Shown here in pieces: positions 1 through 12,009 of a stretch of 58,673 nucleotides of DNA. This stretch comes from Octopus sinensis (taxonomy: Eukaryota). The stretch covers positions 1 through 58,673 of the forward strand of contig NW_021834512.1 in NCBI RefSeq assembly GCF_006345805.1. The letters are read 5' to 3'. Under the pieces are notes generated by a model. The model searched no databases. It had not been told where the DNA came from and saw only the letters and a list, made by a program, of their open reading frames with translations. The position numbers were made by a program, and so were the translations under genes. Positions within the stretch are counted from its first letter, which is position 1; the number at the start of each line of letters is the position of its first letter.

Positions 1-84
1 AAGAGAAGAACCTTGCCACTATTTGTGACCAACTTGAATTCTACCAAGGAAAAACTGGAAATAAATCTCAAAGAAAAAAAAGCA

Positions 85-501
85 CTACACGCATAGATCG
101 ATCGATCGATCAATAGATAGACAGACACACAGTGATCGATAGATAGATAGATAGATAGATAGAAAGACAGAGAGAGAGAGACAGACAGACAACAGGACAG
201 AACTAGATAGATATATTGGGAACAGATTCGATAGATAGACAGTACAGAATAGATAGACAAATAGATAGACAGACAGGAAGACAGAGACGACAGACAGACA
301 GACATACAGACACAGACAGCAGACAGACACACAGACAGACAGACAGACAGACAGACAGAAGGGCAGCAGACAGGGACAGAGACAGATAGATGATAGATAC
401 GATAGATAGATGATCGATAGAAGATAGTAGATAGATTAGATAGATGAGACAGACAGACAGGAGATAGACATATAGACGGGGTGGTTGGTAAATAGATAGA
501 T

Positions 502-549
<48 letters not shown>

Positions 550-590
550 GGATAGATAGATGGTTTGATGGATGGATGGATGGATGGAAG
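85..590. repeat. Compound microsatellite (GATA)n/(GACA)n/(GA)n/(GATG)n
   Basis: Directly visible simple repeats; overlapping ORFs are low-complexity artefacts. Confidence 0.95.
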
Positions 591-1124
591 GAAAAATGTT
601 AATAACTACGCACATATACAAGTATATACCCGTCTATACCCGTACAATAATTACATAATAAAACATTAAAAGTCGACAAAAAGCGAATACCGACAGAAAC
701 AGGCTCAGACCATACAAATACAAGCACACAGACTTGAAAACAATACGTAACGTAGGACTTACCGCAAAGCGAAACTTCTAAACAAAGCAGCAATGAACAA
801 ATTCTAACACTAACAAACACAAACGTCTCCGTCTACTTCAATGAAAATAAGAAAACGAAAATGCTGTCTGTCACAGAATAGGCTTAATTGGACGCTAATT
901 AAAGACGAAGTGATTGTCATACTTACTAATTAATCGGATTATAGGTGTCCTTTTGGTATGGTACAATGAGATGTACTGTAGTGTTGAATGGGGCTGTGCT
1001 AAGTTGTTTGGTGAATAAATAAATGAGTCGTTACGTTGTTCCGATCTAAACTTCAACTACGCCGTTAGATCGCTGGAGACTGGCTTTATTTATAGACCAA
1101 CCAAGATAGAACAGCACGAGTTGG

Positions 1125-1243
1125 TGCGTGTGTATGTATGTATGTATATATGTATATATTTATCTATATATATGATTGCCTGTGTATATGTTTATATATT
1201 TGTGTAGCTATTTATATATATTTATCTATCTCTCTATCTATAT

Positions 1244-1279
<36 letters not shown>

Positions 1280-1284
1280 GATAA

Positions 1285-1317
<33 letters not shown>

Positions 1318-1530
1318 TGTATGTATGTATGTATGTATGTATGTGTGTATGTGCGTGGTGTGTGTGTGTGTATGTGTGTGTGTGTGTGTATGTATATGAG
1401 TGTGTATGTAGTGTTTACGTCAGTCTCTGAGTGCTGGTTGGTTCAATTTTTCCCTCGTTCGTTCGTCAATTCGTCAATTCGTTCGTACTGTGTGTGTGTG
1501 TGTGGTGTGTGTGTGTGTGTGTGTGTGTGT
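1125..1530. repeat. Compound microsatellite (TA)n/(TATG)n/(TG)n
   Basis: Directly visible simple repeats. Confidence 0.9.
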
Positions 1531-2039
1531 GATAAGTAAAAGTGATGACGACATGTGAAGGGGAGGAAAATTAAAAGACGATAAAAAAGGGAGAAACATG
1601 CAGAGATCGACAGCAGGAGAGAGAAAGAGAGAGAGAGAGAGAGAAAGAAGAAAAGAAAGAAAGAGAAATAAAAGGGGAGGAACAACAAAGAGAAAGAGAG
1701 AGAGAGAGGGTGTGTGCGCGCATGTGTGTGTGTGTGTGTGTGGGGTGTGTAAAATGGGGAGGGTGGAGTAAAACGGAAGTGAGAGAAAGAGATGAAGAAA
1801 AGAAGTGGGGAACAGCAAAGTGTGGGAATATGTTGGGGAGGAAGTTGAGGTGGAGGGAGGGGGACGATATTGAATGGAAGAAGAAGGAGAAGGAGAAGAA
1901 GAAAAAGGTGGGGAAAAGAAAGGGTCGTGACGAAATATTGTTATTGATACGGGTTAAGGAGTAGTGATGACAATATGGAGACGATGACGTCCATCAATGG
2001 GAGCATCTTTAAATAGATGCACAACACAATATACATAAT

Positions 2040-2056
2040 ATACACATGCATATGTA

Positions 2057-2112
<56 letters not shown>

Positions 2113-2159
2113 TATATATATATAATATATGTATATATATATATATATATAATATTATA

Positions 2160-2217
<58 letters not shown>

Positions 2218-2221
2218 ATAT
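2040..2221. repeat. (TA)n microsatellite
   Basis: Directly visible. Confidence 0.95.
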
Positions 2222-2352
2222 ATGTTCCGGTTCAGTCCCACTGCGTGGCAACTTGGGCAAGTGTCTTCTATTATAGCCTCGGGCCGCAAAGCCTTGTGAG
2301 TGGATTTGGTAGATGGAAACTGAAAGAAGCGTCGTATATATGTGTATATATA

Positions 2353-2392
<40 letters not shown>

Positions 2393-2613
2393 GCGTGTGT
2401 GTGTTTGTGTGTCTGTGTTTGTCCCCCTAGCGTTGCTGACAACCGATGCTGGTCTGTTTATGTCCCCGTACTTAGCGGTTCGGCAAAAGAGACCGATAGA
2501 ATAAGTACTGGGCTTACAAAGAAAAAGTCCCGGGGTCGAGTTGCTCGATTAAAGGCGGTGCTCCAGCATGGCCGCAGTCAAATGACTGAAACAAGTAAAA
2601 GAGTAAAAGAGTA
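2222..2613 (+). mobile_element. tRNA-derived SINE family 1, 5'-truncated, with internal microsatellite
   Basis: GGTTCAGTCCC B-box, GGCAACTTGGGCAAGTG CORE-like segment, internal (TA)/(TG) tract, 3' tail GAAACAAGTAAAAGAGTAAAAGAG; many homologous copies in the window. Confidence 0.85.
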
Positions 2614-2649
2614 TAGTATATATATATATATTATATATATTATATATTA

Positions 2650-3226
2650 TATACTTTTATTTGTTTCAGTCATTTGACTGTGGCCATGCTGGAGCACCGC
2701 CTTTAGTCGAGCAAATCGACCCCCAGGACTTATTCTTTGTAAGCCTAATACTTATTCTATCGGTCTCTTTTGCTGAATCGCTAAGTTACGGAGACGTAAA
2801 CGCACCAGCATCGGTTGTCAAGCGATGTTGGGAGGACAAACACAGAAGCATATAGGCACACACACACCTATGTATATATATATATATAACTTAGATATGT
2901 TTCGACCGAAGATTGGTCCAGGCCATGTCTAACTTAATAGCACCACCGGACAGGATTATTTAAATCCTGTTTAAGTCAAGTTTTGTTTATGGTCCATTCA
3001 AGTAGTGAGTTCTTGTTGAGCGAGTTGTATCCAGGTGTATATATATATATATATATATATTATATACAACGGGCTTCGTTCAGTTTCTGTTGACCAAGTC
3101 TACTCACAAGGCTTTGGTCGGTCCAAGGCTATAGATGACAGTTGCTCAAGGTGCCACGCAGTGAGACTGAAACCGGAACCATGTTGTTGGGAATCAAGCT
3201 GCTTATCACACAGCCACTTCTGCGCC
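2650..3226 (-). mobile_element. SINE family 1, with ~150-bp foreign insert (2887-3037) in its central microsatellite
   Basis: 3' half 2650-2845 and head 3067-3226 are reverse complements of the family-1 consensus seen at 2222 and 9241. Confidence 0.8.
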
Positions 3227-3251
3227 TGTGTGTGTGTGTGTGTGTGTGATC

Positions 3252-3690
3252 AGGCGCAGGCATGGCTGTGTAGCAAGAAGCTTGCTTGCGAAACCCATGG
3301 TTATGTGTTCAGTCCCACTGCGTGTCTTCTACTATAGTCTCGGCCCGACCAAAGCCTTGACAGTGGATTTGGTAGACGGAAACTGAAAGAAGCCCGTCGT
3401 ATATAAATATATGTATGTGTGTGCGTGTGTGTGTGTCCGTGAGTGTGTGTCCGTGTGTGTGTATGTCAGTGTGTGTGTGTATGTGTCTGTCTGTTTGTCC
3501 ACCCATCCACCACCGCTTTACAGCCGGTATTGGTGTGTTTATGTCCCCGTTAACTAACGGTTCGGCAAAAGGAACCGATGGAGTGAGTGCTAGGCTTGGA
3601 AAATATCAGTACTGAGGTCGATCCATTCGACTAAGAATTCAATGCGGTGCTCCAGCATGGCTGCAGTCTAGTGGCTGAAACAGATAATGG
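3252..3690 (+). mobile_element. SINE family 1
   Basis: GGCGCAGG head, GTTCAGTCCCACTGCG, internal (TG)n, GCTCCAGCATGGCTGCAG tail. Confidence 0.8.
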
Positions 3691-3745
3691 AATTAGGGAA
3701 TACACAACACACACACACACACACACACACACATAAATGTATATA

Positions 3746-4145
3746 TGGCGGAGGAGTGGTTATGTAGTAAGTAGCTTGCTAACCAACCACATGGTTCCAG
3801 GTTCAGTCCCACTGCGTGACACCTTGAGCAAGTGTCTACTACTATAGCATGGGCCGACCAAAGCTTTGTGAGTGGATTTGGTAGACGGAAACTGAAAGAA
3901 GCCCGTCGTATATATGTACATATATGTATGTGTGTGCACATGTTAGTGTGTCTGTGTTTGTCCCCCCAACATCGCTTGACAACCGATATTGGTGTGCTTA
4001 CATCCCCGTAACTTAGCGGTTCCGCAAATGAGACCGATAGAATAAGTACTGGGCTTACAAAGAATAAGTCCTGGGGTCGATGTGCTCGACTAAAGGCGGT
4101 GCTCCATCATGGCCGCAGTCAAATGACTGAAACAAGTAAAGAGTA
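3746..4145 (+). mobile_element. SINE family 1
   Basis: Full head-to-tail homology with the other copies. Confidence 0.85.
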
Positions 4146-4284
4146 TATATATACATAAACACACACATGGATGTGTGTTAATATACACAGGTATACAAAT
4201 GTACATATATGAATATGTGTGAATGTGTTTGTGTGTGAATGCGTGTATGTGTGTGTGTGGCTATTCGTACATACATATTTTTTT

Positions 4285-4490
4285 CTTATTACTTGTTTAT
4301 GTAATTTGACTGCGGCCATGCTGGGGCACCGATCTAAAATTTTGGTCGAATGAATCGACCTTAGTGCTTTGTTTTTCCATTCTAAGCCCGGCACTTGTTC
4401 TATCGATCTCTCTTGCCAAAGTGCTTAGTTACAGGGACGTAAACACACCAACCGCGGCTATCAAGCGGCGGTGGGAAGAAAGACACTGGC
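4285..4490 (-). mobile_element. SINE family 1, 3' half
   Basis: Reverse complement of the family-1 3' half. Confidence 0.75.
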
Positions 4491-4574
4491 ATGAATGTGT
4501 GTGCATGTGTGTGTGTATGTGTGTGTGCATGTGTGCGCGAATATGTATGATAATAAACTATTCATTTCTAATTT

Positions 4575-4668
4575 TGGCACAAGGCCAGATAATTCATGGG
4601 AGAGGATATGTCGGTTAGATCGACCCCAGAGTTCAACTGGTACTTAATCTATCGACACCAAAAGGATG
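4575..4668 (-). mobile_element. SINE family 2 fragment
   Basis: ATCGACCCCAG...CTGGTACTT...ATCGAC...GGATGAAAG core shared with 8517 and 57397. Confidence 0.7.
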
Positions 4669-5105
4669 AAAGTGGTGCGTAGAAGTGGTAGAAATGCTTC
4701 CTGTCCATGGTATGTAAAGTCCGATAGTAATTCATATTTTGTCATCACAAATGGAATGTGTGGAAACGTAGATTCCATGTGCTGTTCATTCAAAGGGGTC
4801 TTGTGGGGGGGAATGAAAATTTAAGAATGTCGTGGTAGTATTAAGTGAATAGAGAGGGGAGAAGAGATGTGTATGTTAAAATGAAGAGATAGGTAAAAGG
4901 AAAAGGTGAGAAAAGAAGAAGGAAAAAATGAGGAAGAGAAAATGAAAACATGGAGAGAAAGTGAAAAAAGGAATGTCAGTTGGTGGTCAAGATATTATGA
5001 GGGGGATGGGAAAGGAGTAGGGGAGGTGTAGGGAGAGATAAGAATATAAGCAATAAATATGTGTGAGGTGTGTCATGGTCCATAATAGATTCAGGGCTTC
5101 GATAA

Positions 5106-5204
5106 CAAGGTCAACGCTCAGCCTATAAGTTATGCCTAAAAGAAGCATTCCACATATTAAAACACAACTCTTCATTACAACTAAATAAACATAAGATGCC
5201 CTAG
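5106..5204 (+). pseudogene. C-terminal remnant of a PLE GIY-YIG endonuclease
   Basis: Hand translation QGQRSAYKLCLKEAFHILKHNSSLQLNKHKMP* parallels CQLCCVELLNILKFKDKHNLINKRSE at 51.5 kb. Confidence 0.5.
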
Positions 5205-6536
5205 GTATATGCAACCACCGCTTTTTCCATACCTTCAAATTTTACCACAAATCTGAATGCAACCTAAATAACCACACAGCATATATCCCTAACACCCCTT
5301 ATGTAAACCCCAAGAACCCTATTTGACTTCCCGTTAATTTTTTAAATCTCCAGTCTTATTCTAATTGTTTAATACGACACATATGGGCATGCATATGCGT
5401 ACGCATGCGGATGTATGTATGTTTGTATATGTATATATATGTGTGTGTGTGCGTGTGTGTGTACGTGTGCATGTATGCGTGTATATGTGCGTACGTATAT
5501 GCGTATATGCATGTATTTATGGGATGCGTCTGCGTGCCTAAATATGTGTATGTAGGTATATGTATGTTTGAATATGTATGTGTATGCATGCATGTGTATA
5601 TGTGTATATGTATATACGTGTATGTGTATGTTTATATAAATATATGCATGCATGGGTACGTATTTAAATACACAAGTACGCAGACCTATATAATAATGCA
5701 TACACACACATATGTACATACGTGCGCGCGTGCGTATATTGATATACACTTCTTTCTTTCTTTCTCTCTGATTCCACTGTTCACACTATCATATTAGCTA
5801 GCAGAATGAACACGTGAGTCTATTTATAGAAACTTGACCATTTTTAGTATTCTTACCTTCCGTTTTGTGGTTTACTACTCACTTTAGAAAACCCCCTCCT
5901 ATACCTTTATCTGTACCCAACCCTTAATGCCCTTCTAACATATTACCCCAGCGCATACACCTCATACGTATTCGTCACTTACATTCTCATCTCTTCCTAT
6001 CCCTCCCCTACTCCTCTCGCATCCCCCTCATAATATCTTGACCACCAACTAACACTCCTTTTTTCACTTTCTTACACTTTTTCACATTCTTTTCTTGTTT
6101 TCATTTTCTCTTCCTTTTTCTTTCCTTCTTCTTTTCTCACCTTTTCCTTTTACCTATCTCTTCATTTTAACATACACATCTCTTCTTTTCTCTCTATCCA
6201 CTTAATACTACCACTATATTCTTAAATTTTCATTCACACCGCAAGACACCTTTGAATGAACAGCACATGGAATCTACGTCTCTACACTTTCTATTTGTGA
6301 TAACAAAATATGAACTCCTATTGGAATTTACATACCACGAACAGGAAGTGTCTCTACCCATTCTACACACCACTTTCCTTGGATAATGGAACTGCATCTA
6401 TAACACCTTTATGCATTTTTGTTTTTATTTCTACATTCCTTCTCTTATCTCCCTTTTATTCCTTATTTCCATCCTTTTCCAAAATAAGTCTCCATATTGA
6501 ACTCTAACATTTCCCTCTATTTAACCATCTCACATC

Positions 6537-6584
6537 GTCTCTGATGAAGGGATATCCCTAATATCCCAGAAACAGCTGTAAGAC
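6537..6584 (+). ncRNA. Type I hammerhead ribozyme (PLE-type, minimal stem III)
   Basis: GTCT-CTGATGA-A-GGGATA-tccctaa-TATCCC-A-GAAAC-AGCT-GTA-AGAC: stem I GTCT/AGAC, core CUGAUGA/GAAA, palindromic loop AGCT, GUA site; A.A mismatch at the base of stem II. Confidence 0.75.
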
Positions 6585-6789
6585 TAACTTTCTCTTTATA
6601 AATGTCATGAATATTTCACACAGCCTTGGCTTTGATGTCTCATTTTATTTAACACCCACCCCACACACACACTCACACACACTCACACTCACACACACAT
6701 ATACGACGAACTTCTTTCACTTTCCAAATGCCAAATCCAGTCACAGGACAGAACCATGAACCACATGGTTGCATATACATACATATTTA

Positions 6790-6799
6790 CACGTATATA

Positions 6800-6866
<67 letters not shown>

Positions 6867-6887
6867 TACATATATACATATACATAC

Positions 6888-6935
<48 letters not shown>

Positions 6936-7014
6936 TATCTATATATATATATATATACATATATACATATATACATATATACATATCATATACTATACAC
7001 TATATATATATACA

Positions 7015-7045
<31 letters not shown>

Positions 7046-7068
7046 TATATTATATATATATATATATA
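6790..7068. repeat. (TA)n/(TACA)n microsatellite
   Basis: Directly visible. Confidence 0.95.
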
Positions 7069-7069
7069 A

Positions 7070-7210
7070 AGAGAAAGTTTACGAAAATAAACAAAAGACG
7101 AAGGCAGGTGGAGTACAAACAAACAATTGTATTAGTATAGCGCTCAGGAATAGAAATAGAAAAAGTTTTTTTACGTTTCGAGCCTACGCTTTTCGACAGA
7201 AAGATACACA
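7070..7210 (-). mobile_element. Short repeat with a minimal hammerhead-like end (second copy at 56.4 kb)
   Basis: Minus strand CTTT-CTGTCGA-A-AAGC-GTAG-GCTC-GAAAC-GTA-AAAA; homologous to 56390-56520. Confidence 0.5.
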
Positions 7211-7291
7211 CAAAAAAAACAAGGAGAGAAAAAAATGCGTGTAGGAGCTAACGATCTATCATGGCGTCCTGACTTCGGACATATACTTCGG

Positions 7292-7324
<33 letters not shown>

Positions 7325-7394
7325 ATATATATCTATATATATATTATATATACATATATCTACATATATTGTATATATGTATATATATATATAT

Positions 7395-7545
7395 TTTTTA
7401 CTTGTTTCAGTGTTTTGACTGCGGCTATGCTGAAGCACCGCCTTAAATGTGTTTTAGTTGAAGATGCCGAACCGTTACGTTACGGGTATATAAACAGAGC
7501 AGCATCGGTTGTCAAGCGAGGACAATGGTGGTGGGGGCAAACATA
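7395..7545 (-). mobile_element. SINE family 1, 3' half (decayed)
   Basis: TTTTACTTGTTTCAG...GACTGCGGC...GCACCGCC matches the family-1 tail. Confidence 0.7.
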
Positions 7546-7571
7546 GACACACATAAATGAATACATACAAA

Positions 7572-7602
<31 letters not shown>

Positions 7603-7619
7603 TGTGTGTGTGTGTGTGT

Positions 7620-7865
7620 AATGTGAAATTGGCTGAGCACTCTACAGGCACGAGTATCCCTAACGCAGTTCTCATGGAGCTCAGCGTGACACTGAATGTT
7701 TCAAGGCTGACCCCTTTTGCATTACAGGTAAAACTCAATTTTGCCTGCTGAATGGACTGGAGCAATAAAAAGTTAAATGTTTTGCTCAGGTACACAACGC
7801 ACAGCCGGGAATCGAACTCACGACCTTGCGATCGTGAGCCGTAAACCTTAACCACTAAACCACGT
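7620..7865 (-). mobile_element. tRNA-derived SINE family 3 (decayed)
   Basis: Minus-strand head GTGGTTAAGG...GAGTTCGATTCCC; body shares GGCTGAGCACTC...CAGCGTGACAC with 41722-42118. Confidence 0.7.
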
Positions 7866-8516
7866 TAAATGTAGAAGTTTGTCTCGGCCATACTGGGGTG
7901 CTATTATTCTACAATTTTACCCGGAATAACACGTAATTTTATTTTTAGCTCCCGGTTTTCAAACCCGATTAGAACTATTCATCGCACCGCACCCTCTCAC
8001 CACCTTTTACGTCACGTCCCGCGCTTCAGGAATATTCGAAAGAAAAAAAAATAACAGCTAAAACAACCAGAAACCATTGCAAAAACAACGACAGTAAAAC
8101 ATCTTTTTTCCTTTTTACAAACATTACGTTCTTCACATTTATGTAATAACATGAGAACGAACCTACTCCACGCCCCCACCTCCAACGCGGAGGAAATGGT
8201 TTTGTAATGGTTTTAGTGACAGATATATGCTTACTATGGCATGGTGCCAACTGATACCGGATGTTAATGACACTGACTTTACACATGCTGATATTTATCT
8301 TCTTTTGAAATGTACTGAATTTAACGTCTCTAAAACATTCTATTTCTATTATTATCAAGATACCAAGAACCCTCCTTAGTATCTTAACTGTCCTCAGAAA
8401 CACTATTTCTTGGAGTTGTACTAAACCAAGTTTTATACCTATTTCTGCTATTCATCTATTCAGATTTTTAAGGATAGTTTCTAATGCGCCTATAACTACT
8501 GGGATACATTTTACCT

Positions 8517-8740
8517 ATTTCTTTACTACCCACAAGGGGCTAAACATGGAGGAGACAAACAAGGACAGACAAACGGATTAAGTCGATTACATCGACCCCA
8601 GTGCGTAACTTGTACTTAATTTATCGACCCCGAAAGTATGAAAGGCAAAGTCAACCTCGGCGGAATTTGAACTCAGAACGTAACGGCAGACGAAATATAC
8701 TGCTAAACATTTCGCCCGGCGTGCTACCGTTTCTGCCAGC
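8517..8740 (-). mobile_element. tRNA-derived SINE family 2 with 12-bp target-site duplication
   Basis: Near-complete copy; TSD TACATTTTACCT at 8505-8516 and 8741-8752. Confidence 0.9.
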
Positions 8741-9240
8741 TACATTTTACCTCCATTTTCCATAGCCTCTGTAATTCAATGCCTAGGTCCTGGTACTTTG
8801 CTATCTTCTCTATACCACTCATATTGATTCTCACATCATTTGGGACTGCAAAGTCAATTATCTGGCACTTTTTATTCTCTTTATCTACTACCACTAAATC
8901 AGGCCATCTAGCTTCTGTTACACAGTCCGTTTCAATGTTAAAGTCCCACAACATCTTATATTACTTACCTTCTAGTACTTTACTAGGTTCATGTTCATAC
9001 CATTTATCTGTATATTCAGACCCTAGCTTTCTACATAACTCCTAGTGGGTTACTCTCCCTAGGTCATCTTTTCTTTTTTTTATATTCTTTCTGTAACAAT
9101 ATGAGTAACACTTTCCTCCTTTGATTTGCATAAGCTACATTGGGAATCTACTTGGTTTTTGTCTATCTCGGCTTTTATCCAATTAGTCCTCTATGCTTGA
9201 TCTTGTGCTGCTACTAACAAACTTTCCGTCTCCCTCTTTC

Positions 9241-9643
9241 TCTTTTCTCTTTTACTTGTTTCAGTCATATGACTGCGGCCATGCTGGAGCACCGCCTTTA
9301 GTTGAGCAAATCGACCCCGGGACTTATTCTTTGTAAGCCCAGTACTTATTCTATCGGTCTCTTTTGCCGAACCGCTAAGTGACGGGGACGTAAACACACC
9401 AGCATCGGTTGTCAAGCAATGCTAGGGGGACAAACACAGACACACAAACACGCACACATACATATATATACACATATATACGACAGGCTTCTTTCAGTTT
9501 CCGTCTACCAAATCCACTCACAAGGCATTGGTCGGCCCGGGGCTATAGCAGAAGACACTTGCCCAAGGTGCCACGCAGTGGGACTGAACCCGGAACCATG
9601 TGGTTGGTTAGCAAGCTACTTACCACACAGCCACTCCTGCGCC
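9241..9643 (-). mobile_element. SINE family 1, full-length, inserted in the R4/Dong ORF
   Basis: Head GGCGCAGGAGTGGCTGTGTGG (A-box)...GGGTTCAGTCCC (B-box); the host ORF resumes on both sides. Confidence 0.9.
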
Positions 9644-9782
9644 TATTCAGCTTTCCTTTCTGCAATCATAACCATGTCTCACTGTAACTATTTGTTGCAA
9701 CTATCTTTAGGAATCTGACATGCAAATCTTTCTCTTGTCAGTCAGATAATCTTTCTTTTTTTCTGTCCTCCTGTGATTCTAA

Positions 9783-9785
9783 CAG

Positions 9786-9846
<61 letters not shown>

Positions 9847-10087
9847 GCCGCTGCTGCTGCTGCAATTGCTACTGCTGCTTCTGCTACTACTACTACTGCT
9901 GCTGCTGCCGCTACTGCTGTTGCTTCTGCTACTACTACTACTACAACTACTACTACAACTACTACTACTACAACAACTACTACTACCGCCGCTGCTGCTG
10001 CCGCTACTGCTGCCGCTACTGCTGCCGCTACTGCTGCCGCTACTGCTATGCTACTGCTGCAGCTGTTGTTGTTGTTGTTGTTGTTGT
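9783..10087. repeat. Compound trinucleotide repeat (CTA)n/(CTG)n/(GTT)n
   Basis: Directly visible. Confidence 0.95.
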
Positions 10088-10483
10088 TCAACATTTGTTA
10101 GTTTCAGGCAAATTTCTTCTGCATCAACTGCTACACCTCCGTCTTGTTGGGGGGGGGAGGGTGCAGCATTGTTTTTTCTTTTCTTTTTCTTGTTGCTGGG
10201 AGTCTGCAAACTCTTCCCAGTATAGAACTGCGTGAGTTTCTTTTCTTCTCTTTTTTCCTTTTGATGTGTGGTGCCGTCATTTGCTGTATTAGTGTTTGTA
10301 TTGTGTGTTGTGTGTGTAATGCCTTGGTTATCAGCTTGCTGGTTGTAGTTTATTTCATTGGATATTTGCTGTGTACAGTGTGTCTTGTGTTTGTGGACTA
10401 TTTTGTGTAGGTTTGTATTATTGAATTGATAGTATCCTACTGTTCCTAACAGTATCTGACTCTTCCTAACAGTGTTATTTTGG
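10088..10483 (-). mobile_element. R4/Dong-like LINE extreme 3' end (last codons + 3' UTR)
   Basis: Minus strand PKITLLG... parallels QKIALLGTAHILRK at 11.5 kb; ends in (AAC)n and is preceded by (AAT)n. Confidence 0.55.
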
Positions 10484-10485
10484 GG

Positions 10486-10553
<68 letters not shown>

Positions 10554-10570
10554 CATTATTATTATTATTA

Positions 10571-10638
<68 letters not shown>

Positions 10639-10661
10639 ATTATTATTATTATTATTATTAT
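10484..10661. repeat. (ATT)n microsatellite
   Basis: Directly visible. Confidence 0.97.
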
Positions 10662-11205
10662 TGAATGAGATAGCAGTGCGGGCAATCAAAGTGACACTGG
10701 GGTACAAATATATGAAGCCCAGTATACCCATCATGGCTACCCGTCTGATAAGGGTACACTAGGCACATGCATCACAACTATATGTGCATGACATGATGAT
10801 GTCGTATCAAGATAAACAGCGCATGACCTTGCAGATTAACATTTTCTTCAGGTCGAGTAATCCATCCCACTCAAAAGGTCCCTGAATAAGGGTTGTTTAA
10901 GGATGTTGAACGAAACACCCATGTTTCCAGAGGTAAATTATTCAAATCCCAAAGAATTCCTTTCAACACATGGCTATGATGCTCCCCCACTACTTCTGCT
11001 CTTGATCAGAGAAGCACATATGGTCAGCCACTAAGGGACATGCTCAACTGGTTAAGGTCAAACAACTGACAAGCAAATCTTTGGTATTGAGCAGAATATT
11101 TGCTGTAGCCCATCTTTTATAGCAAAACAAAACAATGTACATGATAACACTTCCAATCAGTTAAGATCAGAAGCCACAAGAGTCAGTGCCTGGTACTGCA
11201 TTAGG
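10662..11205 (-). mobile_element. Non-coding interspersed repeat flanked by (AAC)n and (AAT)n; probable non-autonomous element
   Basis: ~540 bp of complex sequence bounded on both sides by trinucleotide runs and ending TCATTC-AATAATAAT; no ORF or tRNA head seen; repeat status inferred. Confidence 0.45.
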
Positions 11206-11350
11206 GCATTTGTTATTGTTGTTGTTGTTGTTTTTGTTGTTGTTGTTGCTGTTGCTGTTGCTGTTGCTGTTGTTGTTGTTGTTGTTGTTGTTGCTGCTGT
11301 TGTTGTAGTCGTGGTCGTTGCCGATATTATTCTTATGATTATGATTATTA
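11206..11350. repeat. (GTT)n/(GCT)n/(ATT)n compound repeat
   Basis: Directly visible. Confidence 0.9.
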
Positions 11351-11964
11351 TTCAATAGTCTTATTCAATAGCGTGCATTCACTGCACTGCTGAGCGCAGC
11401 TCTATGTGCCTTGGGTATGTGCTGTGACTTGTTGTGATGCTCTGATGGTTATTGTATTGAAAGTGTTTTACGTAGGATGTGTGCAGTGCCTAGCAGTGCT
11501 ATTTTCTGTATGTTATGATATATATTAGTCCTGTTAGTCCTGGTGTTTTTGTTATGCATTTGTCTGAATATTTTTTATCATACCTAATGCGCCTACTATG
11601 ATAGGAACTGTTTCTGTTTTTAGGCCCTACATTCTAGTTACTTCTATTTCTAGGTCTTTGTATTTTGAAAGTTTCTCCATGTCTTTTAGAGAAACATTGA
11701 CGTCTGTTGGTATTGATTCATCAATTAGAAAGCATTTTTGTCTTTGTGATCTCTGACAACTATATCTGGCCTATTAGCCTTAATTTCTCTGTCTGTGTGT
11801 ATTGGCATATCCCATAGCATGGTTGCTTTCTCGTTTTCTGTGACCTTTTCTGGCGTGTACCCATACCATCTTTTTTTTCTTGCTATTCCATAATGTTGGC
11901 ATAGCTTCCAGTGTATGTAGGTCCCAACTCTGTCGTGTCTGTGAATATATTCCTTCTTAGCCAT
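11351..11964 (-). mobile_element. R4/Dong-like RLE LINE, 5'-truncated second family
   Basis: AKKEYIHRHDRVGTYIHWKLC...LWDMPIHTDREIKANRPDIVVRD...KYKDLEIE...QKIALLGTAHILRKTLSIQ* (stop at 11449-11451), then a short 3' UTR. Confidence 0.9.
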
Positions 11965-11970
11965 ATCATT

Positions 11971-12009
<39 letters not shown>

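Larger units (their letters stand above)
4667..6650 (+). mobile_element. Old Penelope-like element relic: inverted terminal repeat + GIY-YIG C-terminus + 3' repeat ending in a hammerhead
   Basis: 4667-5071 is a diverged reverse complement of 5956-6377; a GIY-YIG-like remnant follows the inversion; hammerhead motif at 6537-6584. Same layout as the 48.7-55.3 kb element. Confidence 0.65.
8340..9782 (-). mobile_element. R4/Dong-like RLE non-LTR retrotransposon, 5'-truncated, interrupted by two SINEs
   Basis: Translations: QKGKL|KRETESLLVAAQDQA, zinc-knuckle region, LWDFNIETD...RWPDLVVVDKENKKCQIIDFAVPND...KIAKYQDLGIEL (PD-D/ExK), C-terminus FLRTVKILRRVLG. Confidence 0.85.

Noticed and set aside
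2887-3037. Hammerhead remnant on the minus strand (GACC...GGTC-GAAAC-ATAT-CTA)
   Set aside because: The CUGANGA core and the cleavage triplet are too degenerate to call.
9738-10762. Poly-N/Q/L/I/V/A ORFs suggesting a low-complexity protein
   Set aside because: Open in several frames on both strands because trinucleotide runs lack stops; the flanks are LINE 3' ends.
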